From contig CBDHHL010000056.1 in assembly GCA_965263355.1 (NCBI GenBank), positions 256,001 through 320,000 of the forward strand: DNA of 64,000 nucleotides. Reading direction: 5' to 3'. Source of the DNA: Leptolyngbyaceae cyanobacterium. Lineage in GTDB: Bacteria > Cyanobacteriota > Cyanobacteriia > Phormidesmidales > Phormidesmidaceae. Shown in pieces: positions 42,465 through 52,555 of this stretch. A model generated the notes under the pieces. That model was not told where the DNA came from, did no database searches, and saw nothing but the letters and a program-made list of their open reading frames with translations. Made by a program: the position numbers and the translations under genes. Position 1 is the first letter of the stretch. The number at the start of each line of letters is the position of its first letter.

Positions 42465-43206
42465 TATTACATTCTTGCTTCAATATGAGTGGCCCACATC
42501 ACCAGAAAAGCTCACCATTCAATACAACTTATTTCCCCCTAACATCAAACAGGCTCAAGCTTTAGCCGCTATCACCCAGGGTGATAGTACACGCAATGTT
42601 GTCTTTACCCCTGAAAACAATACGCTAGAAATAGCAGACACCATACCCTGGCAACAACAGTTTCTTAGTTTTTTCCGACTGGGCGTAGAGCACATTTTCA
42701 CTGGTTATGATCACATCCTATTTTTAATCGCCTTGCTCTTACCAGGTGGGCGTTTATCATAATTACTCAAAATTGTGACTGCCTTTACCATCGCCCATTC
42801 TCTCACACTTACCTTAGCCGCTCTGAACATTGTCACGTTACCTACAGCCTTTGTAGAGAGTGTTATTGCCCTCTCAATTGTTTATGTCGCTATCGAAAAT
42901 CTGTGGCGTAAATAGATAAATCACCGTCCCTGGCTTACATTCGGCTTTGGCCTGATCCACGGTCTCAGATTCGCCAATATTCTGAGAGACCTTTCCTAAG
43001 GCCAAAACAACCTGCTGCTATCCTTGGCTAGCTTTAATCTGGGCATAGAAATAGGCCAGATTGTCATTGTGGCATTGGCATTCTACAGCCTGAAACGTTT
43101 ACAAAAATACCAAGGAGAACTAGTTCTACGCTATGGAATTTCGGTACTGATGATTCTTTTAGGGAGTATCTGGTTTGCAGAACGAGCCCTTGCCGTAAGC
43201 TTGTAA
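42465..43206 (+). pseudogene. HupE/UreJ-family protein, 5'-truncated by the IS and with in-frame stops
   Basis: LGVEHIFTGYDHILFL, TAFTIAHSLTL, VESVIALSI, FGFGLIHGL, FNLGIEIGQ. Stops near 42760, 42913 and 42998. Confidence 0.85.
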
Positions 43207-43219
43207 ATATAAACAATAG

Positions 43220-43615
43220 CTAAAACACCAGAGCGTCCACCTCAATCTCAATTAACATGTCCGGATTAATCAGCGCTTTGACCTCAACCATTGCCGTTGC
43301 CGGAGGATAGGCCCCCATAAATTCCTGATGGGCCTGGCCATACTCTTGCCAACAGCTAATGTCGGTCACATACATCCGGGTTCGCACAATATTTGACAGG
43401 TCAGCGCCCATGGCCTGCAATGTCTTCTGAATAATTTGAAAACATCGCTTTGCCTGAGCATAGCCGTTCCCTGGAGCAAAGGTATTACCCTCATCATCCA
43501 CAGGTGCTGTCCCTGACATAAAAATTTGGTTACCGGCTCGAATCGCTCGGCAATAACCCACCTTTGTTTCCCAAGGCGTGTCCGTAAAGTGGCGAGAAAT
43601 AGATGTGTTCTCCAT
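43220..43615 (-). CDS. RidA-family protein
   Basis: WE.KVGYCRA, MSGT, IVRTRMYVTDI, PATAMVEV, IEIEVDA. Confidence 0.9.
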   Translation of the reverse strand: MENTSISRHFTDTPWETKVGYCRAIRAGNQIFMSGTAPVDDEGNTFAPGNGYAQAKRCFQIIQKTLQAMGADLSNIVRTRMYVTDISCWQEYGQAHQEFMGAYPPATAMVEVKALINPDMLIEIEVDALVF

Positions 43616-43623
43616 GGTTGTAC

Positions 43624-44400
43624 TTAGCTATACTGCTGATTCGCTGCTGCAATTACATCCAAATAGGCTTTGACCGCATTGCCCAAACCCATCATTAATG
43701 CATCTGCGGTTAGCGCGTGACCAATGGAGACCTCCAAAATATTCGGAATTTGCAAAAACTGAGGCAAATTCTCTAGATTCAAATCATGACCAGCATTAAC
43801 CCCCAAGCCACAATCCGTTGCCACCTCAGCTGAAACTGCGTAGCTCGTATGGAGAGTCTCTAGCTCATTCTTCGTTCCCTCTCGGTAGGCCGTTGCATAG
43901 GGTTCGGTGTATAGCTCAATACGAATCTCAGTAGGCCTTGCCATCACACCCAGTTTGGGGATCAGGCGAATTTGTTCCGGATCAGGATCCATAAACAAAC
44001 TTACCCTTGAGCCCAATGCTTGAATCTCCTTAATAATTGGGATTAAAGCCTCGCCGTTATTAGCAATATCCCAACCATGGTCAGAGGTAAACTGATTGGG
44101 ATCATCGGGTACCAAAGTCACCTGATTGGGTTTGACATCCCGCACGATTGCCATAAACCCAGCTTCTAACGGATTACCTTCGATATTGAATTCAATCGTC
44201 GGATGTGCTTTTAACATCTCTGCCAGGTCATACACATCGTAACGTCGGATATGGCGTTCGTCAGGACGAGGATGTACAGTAAGGCCATAGGCTCCAGCCT
44301 GAATACAGGTTTCTCCCGCTTTGACAACACTAGGAATACCAATCGTGCGGGAATTTCGAATGAGGGCGATTTTGTTGAGATTGACACTGAGGGCAGTCAT
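43624..44400 (-). CDS. pdxJ: Pyridoxine 5'-phosphate synthase
   Basis: LSVNLNKIALIRNSR, TVHPRPDERHI, NIEG, SLFMD, IELYT, NAGHDL, EVSIGHAL. Confidence 0.96.
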   Translation of the reverse strand: MTALSVNLNKIALIRNSRTIGIPSVVKAGETCIQAGAYGLTVHPRPDERHIRRYDVYDLAEMLKAHPTIEFNIEGNPLEAGFMAIVRDVKPNQVTLVPDDPNQFTSDHGWDIANNGEALIPIIKEIQALGSRVSLFMDPDPEQIRLIPKLGVMARPTEIRIELYTEPYATAYREGTKNELETLHTSYAVSAEVATDCGLGVNAGHDLNLENLPQFLQIPNILEVSIGHALTADALMMGLGNAVKAYLDVIAAANQQYS

Positions 44401-44825
44401 AACTCCGATTCTGATGTTGGCGATGTAGCGTGGGTTATTGATTGTACAACATACGGACTTGCCTCAGTCACCTATGGGTATTTACCCATCACTTTTGTCT
44501 GATACACCACTGCAAACTATGGAAAATTCGGTAGTGTAAAGCAAGCGAACAATCACACAATTGGAACATAGGTATACTCTGTCAGGGGCACTAATAAAGC
44601 AGGGTTGATAGTAGAAATATACTATCCATTGTACTATGTATGACTTAACGCAGTTTAGCCTGCAAAATGCAACGGCTCTATATGGATTTCTGGGAGGTCT
44701 AAATCAAGAAACGGTTAAAACTTATCACGCAAGGCTTTTAGTCCAGGAAGTGTAGTGCCTCTGAAACATGGTTTGGGTAAGGCTTACAGGCCATTTAATT
44801 AGTTCACCTCCCTGAAACAGCTATT

Positions 44826-45716
44826 GAGCCACTGGCAAAAGACCTCCAAGATAAAGGGCATCAGATCAGTCCACAAACGGTTTGTACACTACTCGATGAA
44901 TTGGGCTATAGCTTACAAGCGAATCGCAAAACCCAAGAAGGCAAAGACCATCCAGACCGGGATGCACAATTTCAACATATTGCCGACACCGTCACAACCT
45001 TTCAAACGGGTCATCAACCCGTCATTTCGGTGGATGCTAAGAAGAAGGAACTGGTTGGCAACTATAAAAATGAGGGCCGAGACTGGCAGCCCCAGAAGAC
45101 ACCCATTCAGACGAAAGCTCATGACTTTATGGATAAGAAACTGGGCAAGGTCATCCCCTATGGGGTCTACGATATCACTCAAAATCAAGGGTGGGTGAGT
45201 GTGGGTATCGACCATAATACGGCTCAGTTTGCGGTAGGGACCATTCGTCAGTGGTGGTCTTGCATGGGACAAGCACTCTACCCAGAGGCTCAGGACCTCA
45301 TGATTACTGCTGATTGCGGCGGAAGTAATAGCTATCGAGCAAATTATGGAAATGGGAGTTGCAACAGTTAGCTAACGGATCCGACTTAACCTTACACATC
45401 TGCCATGTTCCACCAGGAACCAGTAAATGGCATAAGATTGAACACCGTTTGTTTTCTCAAATTCCTGAGAATTGGCGCAGTCAACCTCTCGTGAGTTGCG
45501 AAGTGGTGGTCAACTTAATTGCCAATACCAAGATGACGACAGGACTTAAGGTCAAGGCTATGCTTGATGAAAGGAACTATCCTACAGGCATTCAAGTGAG
45601 TGATGAGCAGTTCAATTCTATCTCGATTGAACGCAACTCTTTTCATGGTGAATGGAATTATCAAATACGTCGCTCATAACAAGAACAACTGTTCAAGTTA
45701 TTTTTGCGCAGTCCCT
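44826..45716 (+). mobile_element. ISAzo13-family transposase relic (5'-truncated, frameshifted)
   Basis: GYSLQANRK..EG.DHPDRDAQF, VISVDAKKKE, PYGVYD, ITADCGGSN, PPGTSKW.KIEHRLFS, FHGEWNY. The right end is TTATTTTTGCGCAGTCCCT. Confidence 0.88.
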
Positions 45717-46383
45717 TACGACTTGATGCCGCTGGACAAAACTGATCCTTCTCAATTGCCCTAATGATGGCATCACGCTCCGACAGTGAGAAAGGATTGA
45801 TATCATTCAGTCCTTTCTTGGCACTTGCCTTAGGCATCTTTATTTTGATGCTATTCCCTGGAAAGGATTGTTCGTCAATCTGTTTTGAATCCACCACCCA
45901 TTCACAACAGGCAGCCAGACGAGTGATCAATCGCTTTCCCGCATCTAGCGGCAGGTTTAGCAAAATATAATTGCGAATCTCATTCGCCTTGGCCAATTCA
46001 TGTGTGGGAAACCGTTTCACATGGTTGGTATAGGGACGATAGGTTTGCCGCATAGTGTTAGGCGAACACTGGGGCCGCTTAAATTCCACGAACTGTGTCC
46101 AGAGAGTGAGTAAGTCTACCCCTTCTTCTTCTGGGATCTCTTCCACTTCTGGCTCAGATCGGTACTTGGCCAGCGTAGGGTCAAACTTCTCAAAAGCGAT
46201 GTCTGCTTCAATTAGCTTTGCCTTTGCTTCCGCAGCACGTCGATTGAGTTTTGTGTCCGGTAAACCCAGGCTCAAATAATGTCGTTTACCCCCGTGGCTA
46301 AAGACCAACTGCAGACGATCATTAGAGGTTTTGATACGTACAGTCCCTTTGGAAGCCTTTTGCTTTGTCCCAGTCGCAGCCAT
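45717..46383 (-). pseudogene. Tyrosine integrase (arm-binding N-terminus plus core), catalytic domain lost at the ISAzo13 junction
   Basis: KASKGTV.I..SNDRLQLVF..GGKRHYLSLGLPDT..NR..AE..A..IE.DI....FDPTL.KY and INPFS..ERDAII. The frame breaks at the IS end. Confidence 0.85.
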
Positions 46384-46397
46384 CAAACCCCTCAGAA

Positions 46398-46440
46398 TTG
46401 GGGTAAATTCTTACCCCAATTTACCCCATCTTTACCCCAA
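46398..46440. promoter_or_regulatory. Putative integrase arm-type sites (TTACCCCA x3 plus one inverted copy)
   Basis: TTGGGGTAA at 46398 and TTACCCCAA/T at 46411, 46421 and 46432, between the tRNA 3' end and the integrase start. Confidence 0.55.
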
Positions 46441-46525
46441 TAATGGGTCTAAATTGGCCTAAAATGACCCAACGCACGTCCTAAAGTATGTATTTCAAGG
46501 CCATAAAAAACGAAGGACCAAAAGC

Positions 46526-46563
46526 AGAAAGGCCCTGAAATCAATTGATTTCAGGGCCTTTCT
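46526..46563. other. Perfect 38-bp palindrome immediately 3' of tRNA-Gly (terminator or att-associated hairpin)
   Basis: AGAAAGGCCCTGAAATCAA|TTGATTTCAGGGCCTTTCT. Confidence 0.75.
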
Positions 46564-46569
46564 TAAAAA

Positions 46570-46641
46570 AGCGGATGATGGGACTCGAACCCACGACATT
46601 CAGCTTGGGAAGCTGACGTTCTACCACTGAACTACATCCGC
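46570..46641 (-). tRNA. tRNA-Gly(CCC)
   Basis: GCGGATGTAGTTCAGTGGTAGAACGTCAGCTTCCCAAGCTGAATGTCGTGGGTTCGAGTCCCATCATCCGCT folds as a cloverleaf with anticodon CCC and T-loop GTTCGA. No encoded CCA. Confidence 0.96.
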
Positions 46642-46678
46642 AGCCTTTATTGCCAGTGTTTCCAATGGCTTGAACGTA

Positions 46679-46707
46679 AATATAGCAGGTTTTTCACTTG
46701 ACGGCAA
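46679..46707 (-). promoter_or_regulatory. Putative sigma70 promoter for tRNA-Gly
   Basis: Minus-strand TTGCCG-N17-TATATT, about 37 bp upstream of the tRNA. Confidence 0.5.
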
Positions 46708-46761
46708 ACAGATGATTACAGACAATTACAGACGAACATTTAATGTGAATTTTAATGTGAA

Positions 46762-47871
46762 ATGGCACCTAAGGATTGCAGCCTGCAGGCAGTAAATGAG
46801 CGGCTAAAAGCCAACGCTATTTCCGTATCTGTGCAGAAACGGGGAGCGCGTTTAATTTTACAGGCCACACTGCCTCCTAAACCGACTAGCAGTAAACGTA
46901 ACCACCATCAGCAGCAGATATCTACCGGCTTGCCAGATAATCAGCAGGGACGCCGCAAAGCTGAGGGTATGGCCATTAAGCTGGGCGGGAAGCTACTGGA
47001 CGGTACATTCACATGGGATGATTACGCTACTGCGAGGACGGAAAAGTCTAAGCAGTGTGCAGAGGTGATCAAGCGGTTTGAGAAGGACTATCGACAAAGA
47101 AATCAGCTTGAAAACCGCACCTGGCAGGAGAACTGGAATAAGATTTTTAAGCAGCTGCCGCGAACGTCAGCCTTAACGGCTGACGTTCTACAAAATGAAT
47201 GTTTAAGTAAACCTGAAAATTCGAGGACGCGTCAGCAGACTTGCCAAAGGTTGCAGGCCCTGGCAAATTTTGCATGCATTGATGTCGACCTGCTGCAGTA
47301 TCAGGGCAATTATGGGCCTAGCAAAGTAAAAGAGCGAGACCTGCCCTCTGATGAGTTAATTGCTCAGTGGAGAGAACAAATTCCTAATCAAAACTGGCAG
47401 TGGGTTTATGGAATGATGGCTGCCTATGGTATTCGCCCCCATGAGGTTTTCTTCTGTGAATTTACAGATGAAGGCTTACAGGTTCTTAAGGGGAAAACAG
47501 GTCCCCGTCTTGTTTATCAAGCCTTTTATCCAGAATGGGTGGAGCGATGGAACCTTCCCACGGTGTGCAGGCCTAAGGTAAATGCCGAAGCCTCCTATGA
47601 AAAGGGAAATCTAGGCCGAAAAATTAATACTCAGTTTCGCAGATATAAAATGCCATTCTCTCCCTATGACTTACGCCATGCTTGGGCCATTCGCTCAACA
47701 GTGTTGTTCAGGGTGCCTGAAACGGTGTCAGCTCAGTTGCTGGGCCATACGCCTGATGTTCACTTGAAAATATATCAGCGTTGGATTGATATCGCTAGAG
47801 GGAAACAAGCGATTAAACAGGTGATGAGTGAATCTAACCTGCCTGCAGCGCCTCTCGTTCCCAGCGCTTGA
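46762..47871 (+). CDS. Site-specific tyrosine recombinase/integrase (XisA/XisC-like cyanobacterial clade)
   Basis: L.LQATLPPKP N-terminus and catalytic motifs YGIRPHE, KGKTG, YDLRHAWAIR and LGHTPDVHLKIYQRW, all intact. Confidence 0.92.
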   Translation: MAPKDCSLQAVNERLKANAISVSVQKRGARLILQATLPPKPTSSKRNHHQQQISTGLPDNQQGRRKAEGMAIKLGGKLLDGTFTWDDYATARTEKSKQCAEVIKRFEKDYRQRNQLENRTWQENWNKIFKQLPRTSALTADVLQNECLSKPENSRTRQQTCQRLQALANFACIDVDLLQYQGNYGPSKVKERDLPSDELIAQWREQIPNQNWQWVYGMMAAYGIRPHEVFFCEFTDEGLQVLKGKTGPRLVYQAFYPEWVERWNLPTVCRPKVNAEASYEKGNLGRKINTQFRRYKMPFSPYDLRHAWAIRSTVLFRVPETVSAQLLGHTPDVHLKIYQRWIDIARGKQAIKQVMSESNLPAAPLVPSA

Positions 47872-48190
47872 TGATTGCTCTAACTTTGAAGAGCAATTCG
47901 CGGGAACCTTCAGGTTTAATGACTTCTTTGCCAGGTAGAAAGCCCCGACCTTCTCGGGCCGCTCTAGTCAGGTTGTCGCGGTGGGAGTAAACTGGCAACA
48001 ACTGGGCATGGATAACTTCTGAAGTGCTGTACCAGGTTTTCACAGTAGCTTTGCTCTTTAACTCCTGAAGCTCATTGGTTAAGTCTTCAATATGTTGTAA
48101 GAGCTTGTGGTTAATGGCTGTTGTGTGAGCTAGTTGTTCATTGGTGCAGTCAACAATGCCAGCTAATCGTTCAAATAGTTGTTTATCCAT
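47834..48190 (-). CDS. Putative excisionase/recombination directionality factor (coiled coil plus HTH-like)
   Basis: WYSTSEV... HTH-like segment. Convergent with and overlapping the integrase 3' end. Confidence 0.5.
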   Translation of the reverse strand: MDKQLFERLAGIVDCTNEQLAHTTAINHKLLQHIEDLTNELQELKSKATVKTWYSTSEVIHAQLLPVYSHRDNLTRAAREGRGFLPGKEVIKPEGSRELLFKVRAIIKRWEREALQAG

Positions 48191-48209
48191 TTTCTTTATT
48201 CCTATGACT

Positions 48210-49540
48210 ATTTGACGTCTTGTGAGGAATTTGTTGAATGGGATAACGAGTTAGTAAAAGTATCGGCAACAATCCATACCTTTACCGCTTCTGCAACTCC
48301 TGTTAGAAGTGATTGCAAATTCTTAACGGGCAAAGATTTGAGCTGACTGTTAGTTTCAAAGTAAGTATTGCTTAGTTCAGAGCGATCCAGATCTTTGGCA
48401 ACTCGTGCTTGTAGACGAATTTTTGTCGTGACCGCGACCTTCTAGGGCAACTATTTCGATGCCAGCATCAGGATGCTGGTCGGCTAACTGCTGAAATGAG
48501 ATCGCAGCTGCGGCTGGATCAATCCCCTGGTGATGAAAGAGATCAATTGTGCTGTAAGTATTAGCAACCTCTCGTAAATCAACATTCTGTTGATGGTATA
48601 GCCCCAGAGTTTTGATGATGGGAGCTATAAAATTTGCAAAGTCCCCTGGTGCGAAGCTCTCATCACGATTGTCGGGTTTCCGGCAAGGATCAGGGTCTTC
48701 TTTGGTCGGCAGGTGCATGTAAATGTAGTCACATAGTATGCCCTCAAGCTGTGTCTCTACAGAAATACCCCAGTCTTCAATGTAGGCTCCTGTTAAATGA
48801 GCATCACTGAGGTCAGCATTGTAAAGCTGTGAATGAACTAATTTGGCCCCAGAGAGATCGGCGTTCTGCAGATTACTGTTGCTGAGGTCCGTCCCAATAA
48901 AGCTGGCGTCTCGTAGGTCAGCACCTTGTAAGTTTAGGCCTCGCAAGTTGTAGTAGTTGAATGATTGGGATTGTCCTTGCTTAGCAATAACCAACTGTCG
49001 TACTTGATCCTGTTCCAGGTAGGTACCTTCGGCGCAGGCGTAGGTGAGTCCATGAGCATTGAACCAATGGGTACGAGCGAGGTTGACCTGCTTAAAATCA
49101 GTATTATTTAAGATTGCCTGCGTGAAATCAGCATCGTTTAAATTGGATCCTCTAAAGCTCGTTCCTTGCAAGGTGATATGTATGGCGAGCACACGAATTA
49201 AGTCATACTTTTTTTGACCAGTTTGGGCTAACCAACCTGCTCGCATACTGGTGACTAAAAAGAGAAAAGTACTAAGGAGCGTGTTACCAATGGATACCAT
49301 CATGACAATGGTGCTGCCGTTTTTCGGAATGCCTAAAGAGCTCCCTAGTAAGGCCCCAAATAACATCAAACAACTGCTCCAGAAATAGATACCTCGCTTC
49401 AAAAGAGGTATCACGATTGAGATCGCTAAGGCACTGAGCATGAGTCCAGATATAGCACCTGCGATCGCTAAAGCCTGGACTATCGCAATGCCCGCCAGCC
49501 CATCTGGTGCGAGTGCTTCCAACATGGCTGTAATGGCCAC
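48210..49540 (-). pseudogene. Pentapeptide-repeat membrane protein fragment (5' missing, frameshift near 48420)
   Basis: GTSFRGSNLNDADFTQA, NLRGLNLQGADLRDASF, AHLTGAYIEDWGI, RKPDN..ESF. An extra A in an A-run shifts GHDK out of frame with IRLQARVAKDLDRSELS. Confidence 0.7.
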
Positions 49541-49743
49541 TAATCCAACAGCAATAGCACCCGTAGCGCCTAACCCATATCTCGAACCTAGCGAGAGTAC
49601 AGTTCACCACAAAACAGGTGCCTGCTGTCCGCATAGGGATTTTTGACAAGGGACTCTCATGGTCACAGTTGTTATCGATTCGATGTGCTGCTTAACTACT
49701 ATCACGCAAAGGATATAGGCTTCCCATCTGACGGAACCAGTGC

Positions 49744-49866
49744 CAATAATCGACTAGGTCGCTTTGTTACCTTTGTTTATGGCCTTGTTTGCTATGCTAT
49801 CTTTTTTGTTACCTTTTTGTATGCCTGCGGTTTTGTCAGTAATTTTATTGTCCCTCGTTCTATAAC
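49744..49866 (+). pseudogene. N-terminal relic resembling methanethiol S-methyltransferase (MddA/NnrU-like)
   Basis: [38 protein letters not shown]. Confidence 0.55.
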
Positions 49867-49881
49867 CTCAGGAGGTTTCGA

Positions 49882-50373
49882 ATGACCTATGTATTTATCC
49901 CCTATATCCCTGATGGTCCTGTGACGAAGGCGATTAAGAAAAAGCTCAAAAAGCTAGGGGTACGCTATAAGCTCGGCTACCTCGGTGAGCTAATGGATGA
50001 GAATTATTCTATGGCACTCAAACGTAACCATCTTGTTTATAAGGCGGAACATTTAAAGAAACTTAGGCATGTTAAGAAAAATCCACAGGTCGTCGATATT
50101 GCATTTGAAGTTTTAGAAGACATGCTCAAAGTAAAAAATGTTCAACTGCCGCTGCTAAATGAGGGCAAGGTTCCGTACTACCCGAATTACAGTCAGATTG
50201 CACTGTATACCTTGCTCAATGCATTCATTATGACTGTGGCAATTATTGCGATTGTGGTTTACTTACAGCAATTAATCGCATTGATGACAACGCTCATCGT
50301 CATCGTATCTATCATCGGAGCAGTTGTGTTTATTTATATATTGACCAAGAGCGTCATACATGTAGATCTTTAA
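49882..50373 (+). CDS. Hypothetical membrane protein (basic N-terminus, two C-terminal TM helices)
   Basis: Strong AGGAGG RBS, 163 aa. Confidence 0.6.
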   Translation: MTYVFIPYIPDGPVTKAIKKKLKKLGVRYKLGYLGELMDENYSMALKRNHLVYKAEHLKKLRHVKKNPQVVDIAFEVLEDMLKVKNVQLPLLNEGKVPYYPNYSQIALYTLLNAFIMTVAIIAIVVYLQQLIALMTTLIVIVSIIGAVVFIYILTKSVIHVDL

Positions 50374-50855
50374 TCAGGCCCAGGCCAGGAGAAATGTATC
50401 ATCAGGATTTGAGCTGAACTGGCCGTGGGTGGCAAGGTGCACGATGGGGGCAGGCTCATCACGGACTAAATACTGTAATGAGGTACCGGTAAAGCTCTGG
50501 TTTAGACGTTTTTGACTCGACAGCTGACTCTGAATGATAGTAAGTTCAGTTTCTACATTTTCCAGGGGAGCAAATCCCTGATGGGCAGGAAAATTAGATC
50601 GAGTTTCTGAAAGCCCAAAGGCTAGCGCTTTAAGGCTTGTTTTTGATAAAGGCTGAGAGCTGGGCAAGGTGAGACGAGGACTGAGGGCAACTGCATATTT
50701 TTCAATTAAAAACTGTTGTCCATCGTGGAGAATAGCCGTGGGTACATTGCACAGGACACCGTCCGAGACAAACACCAGGATGTCAATGACTTGTGCGACT
50801 AACTCAGGTTCGATGGGGCGAATCAACCAATCATAGACTTGTTGCGACTGGTTCA
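50374..50855 (-). pseudogene. CHAT-domain fragment
   Basis: SQQVYDWLIRPIE, LVFVSDGVL, LHDGQQFLIEKYAV, IVHLATHGQFSSNPDDTFLLAW. It stops before the LSAC catalytic-Cys motif. Confidence 0.8.
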
Positions 50856-51089
50856 AATAGTAAGATATGAAACAATGTACTCCCCCTAGATGCTCCACCT
50901 TCGATGAGCAATTGCCCGGTGCTGATGTCATTTCTAGAACACATCTATCAGGACAGAACCATGTCGACCTTGTGATATCGGCTATTTGCTGACGTAGACT
51001 TCCCCGTTGCTCCTGGGTTGCAAGGTTACTGCGATGCTTGAGTTCGGGGTTGAGGGTTTTGGAGTCTTGGAGTCATTGTTGTAATTGCG

Positions 51090-51157
51090 ATCGCGCCAGT
51101 TGAAACCTGTAGATTCCTCTACGGAAAAACGACCATTCTAGACGTAGACAAGGTTTA
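51090..51157. mobile_element. 73-bp-family MITE, copy 5 (left end degenerate at a HIP1 site)
   Basis: ...CCAGTTGAAACCTGTAGATTCCTCTACGGAAAAACGACCATTCTAGACGTAGACAAGGTTTA. Confidence 0.7.
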
Positions 51158-51296
51158 ATACATCAAAATCAATCTTGTCATAATACGTTAAGAATAGGTT
51201 CGTAAATTATCGTGAAGGAGCACTAGGGTAGTGCAAAACTAAAAATTAGAAATAACAACATGGATCTTGGAGTCGGAGAGATTGTTGAACAGGGTA

Positions 51297-51983
51297 TTAA
51301 CAAAAAGTACGAAGAATACGTAAATTATCGTGAAGGAGAAGTGCAAAACTAAAAATTAGAAATAACAACTGATCGGAGAGAGTTGTTCTATACCCTGATG
51401 CATGCAAAAATGGTAATACAAACCATAGGGGAGCCTTTTCATCTAGGGTTACCCTGGCTGTTGCATGCATCCCGGCCAACGGAATCATATTGAGACTGCT
51501 GGCAGACCACTTATAGCCACTACTAGTATTCGGATCCGGCGTAAGCTCTATCAATACCTCAATTGCAGCAGGCGCAGTCGGGTCTTCTAACTGGCGTACA
51601 CCATCCAAGGTCATCACCATCGGTAGCGATACCTGACTGACTTTGCCCTCAATACCACCGGCAGCTTGCTTATTACCTTCCACGTCGGGGATCAGCAGCA
51701 CATCCATACCAGGTTCAATCTGGGCTAGCTCTCCACTGGGGAAATGGGCTACGCCAACCAGTTCACCGGACTCGCCCTCAGCATAGGCTAAAATTGCATG
51801 GCTACTAGTCGTCACAGGAATTCGGCCTTCACAAGCCCAGATAATAGCTGCCCCTAAAAGACCACCAACGGTAGCCAATGGTAACCAGCTACGAGGGGAT
51901 ACGATCTGCATAAGCTGATCAAGCTGCTCTGGGGAAGATAGTCGCTCCAAAGCTTCCTGACGAAAGATATTGCTGTCGCCCAT
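51297..51983 (-). CDS. Short NHLP-bacteriocin-system secretion (HlyD/membrane-fusion-like) protein lacking the hairpin
   Basis: IFRQEALERLSSPEQLDQLMQIV.PRSWL, GRIPVT, IEPGM.V...P, GGIEGKV..VS, SGYKWS, TARV..DEKAP..FVLP. Confidence 0.8.
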   Translation of the reverse strand: MGDSNIFRQEALERLSSPEQLDQLMQIVSPRSWLPLATVGGLLGAAIIWACEGRIPVTTSSHAILAYAEGESGELVGVAHFPSGELAQIEPGMDVLLIPDVEGNKQAAGGIEGKVSQVSLPMVMTLDGVRQLEDPTAPAAIEVLIELTPDPNTSSGYKWSASSLNMIPLAGMHATARVTLDEKAPLWFVLPFLHASGYRTTLSDQLLFLIFSFALLLHDNLRILRTFC

Positions 51984-52314
51984 GCTTAACTCTACCTCAA
52001 ATGGTTTGACTAAGGTTTTTAATTGATGACATATATTGCTTATGCCCTTATAGCAGAAAGCCTATATAGATAAGGATATACTCAGGTGATTTTAATCATT
52101 GAAGGAATATTTACAGGAATTCATTACATTTAAGTTTTGATCCCTTAACAAAACTGTAGAGACCTGTTGGAAATCCACCTGAACATTAAAAGTTTATGAG
52201 AAACCCATAAAAACTTTTCCATTTTCAGAGATGCTCGATATGATTGAGTAGTCCTACGTTGCACATTCGACAACTGGACGGGATTTTCGTTGTTTCTACA
52301 TTGAGGTAACTTCC

Positions 52315-52491
52315 ATGGAAGAGCAGAACAAGAACGTTACTGACGAGCAATTGTCTGATGATCAACTAAAAGATGTTGCAGGCGGTAACAAGATTCAAGA
52401 GCAGCGTCTAGAGCACCTAGATAACCAGACCAAGAGCGTTAAGGACATTCAGGCAGAGCGCTTAGACCAGCTTGACGAGCGCACTAAGTAG
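52315..52491 (+). CDS. Double-glycine-leader peptide (bacteriocin/RiPP-type precursor), 58 aa, not in ORF track
   Basis: GAGGT RBS, then MEEQNKNVTDEQLSDDQLKDVAGG|NKIQEQRLEHLDNQTKSVKDIQAERLDQLDERTK*. Confidence 0.85.
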   Translation: MEEQNKNVTDEQLSDDQLKDVAGGNKIQEQRLEHLDNQTKSVKDIQAERLDQLDERTK

Positions 52492-52555
52492 ATTTAGCTA
52501 GGTCTAGCTGCAGCTCGCAGGTTCTGAGCTATCTGAGCTAGATTTTGGAAAATAG

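Noticed and set aside
45661..45716. C-terminus KGLRKNNLNSCSCYERRI of the first integrase
   Set aside because: It is read-through into the ISAzo13 end, not integrase sequence.
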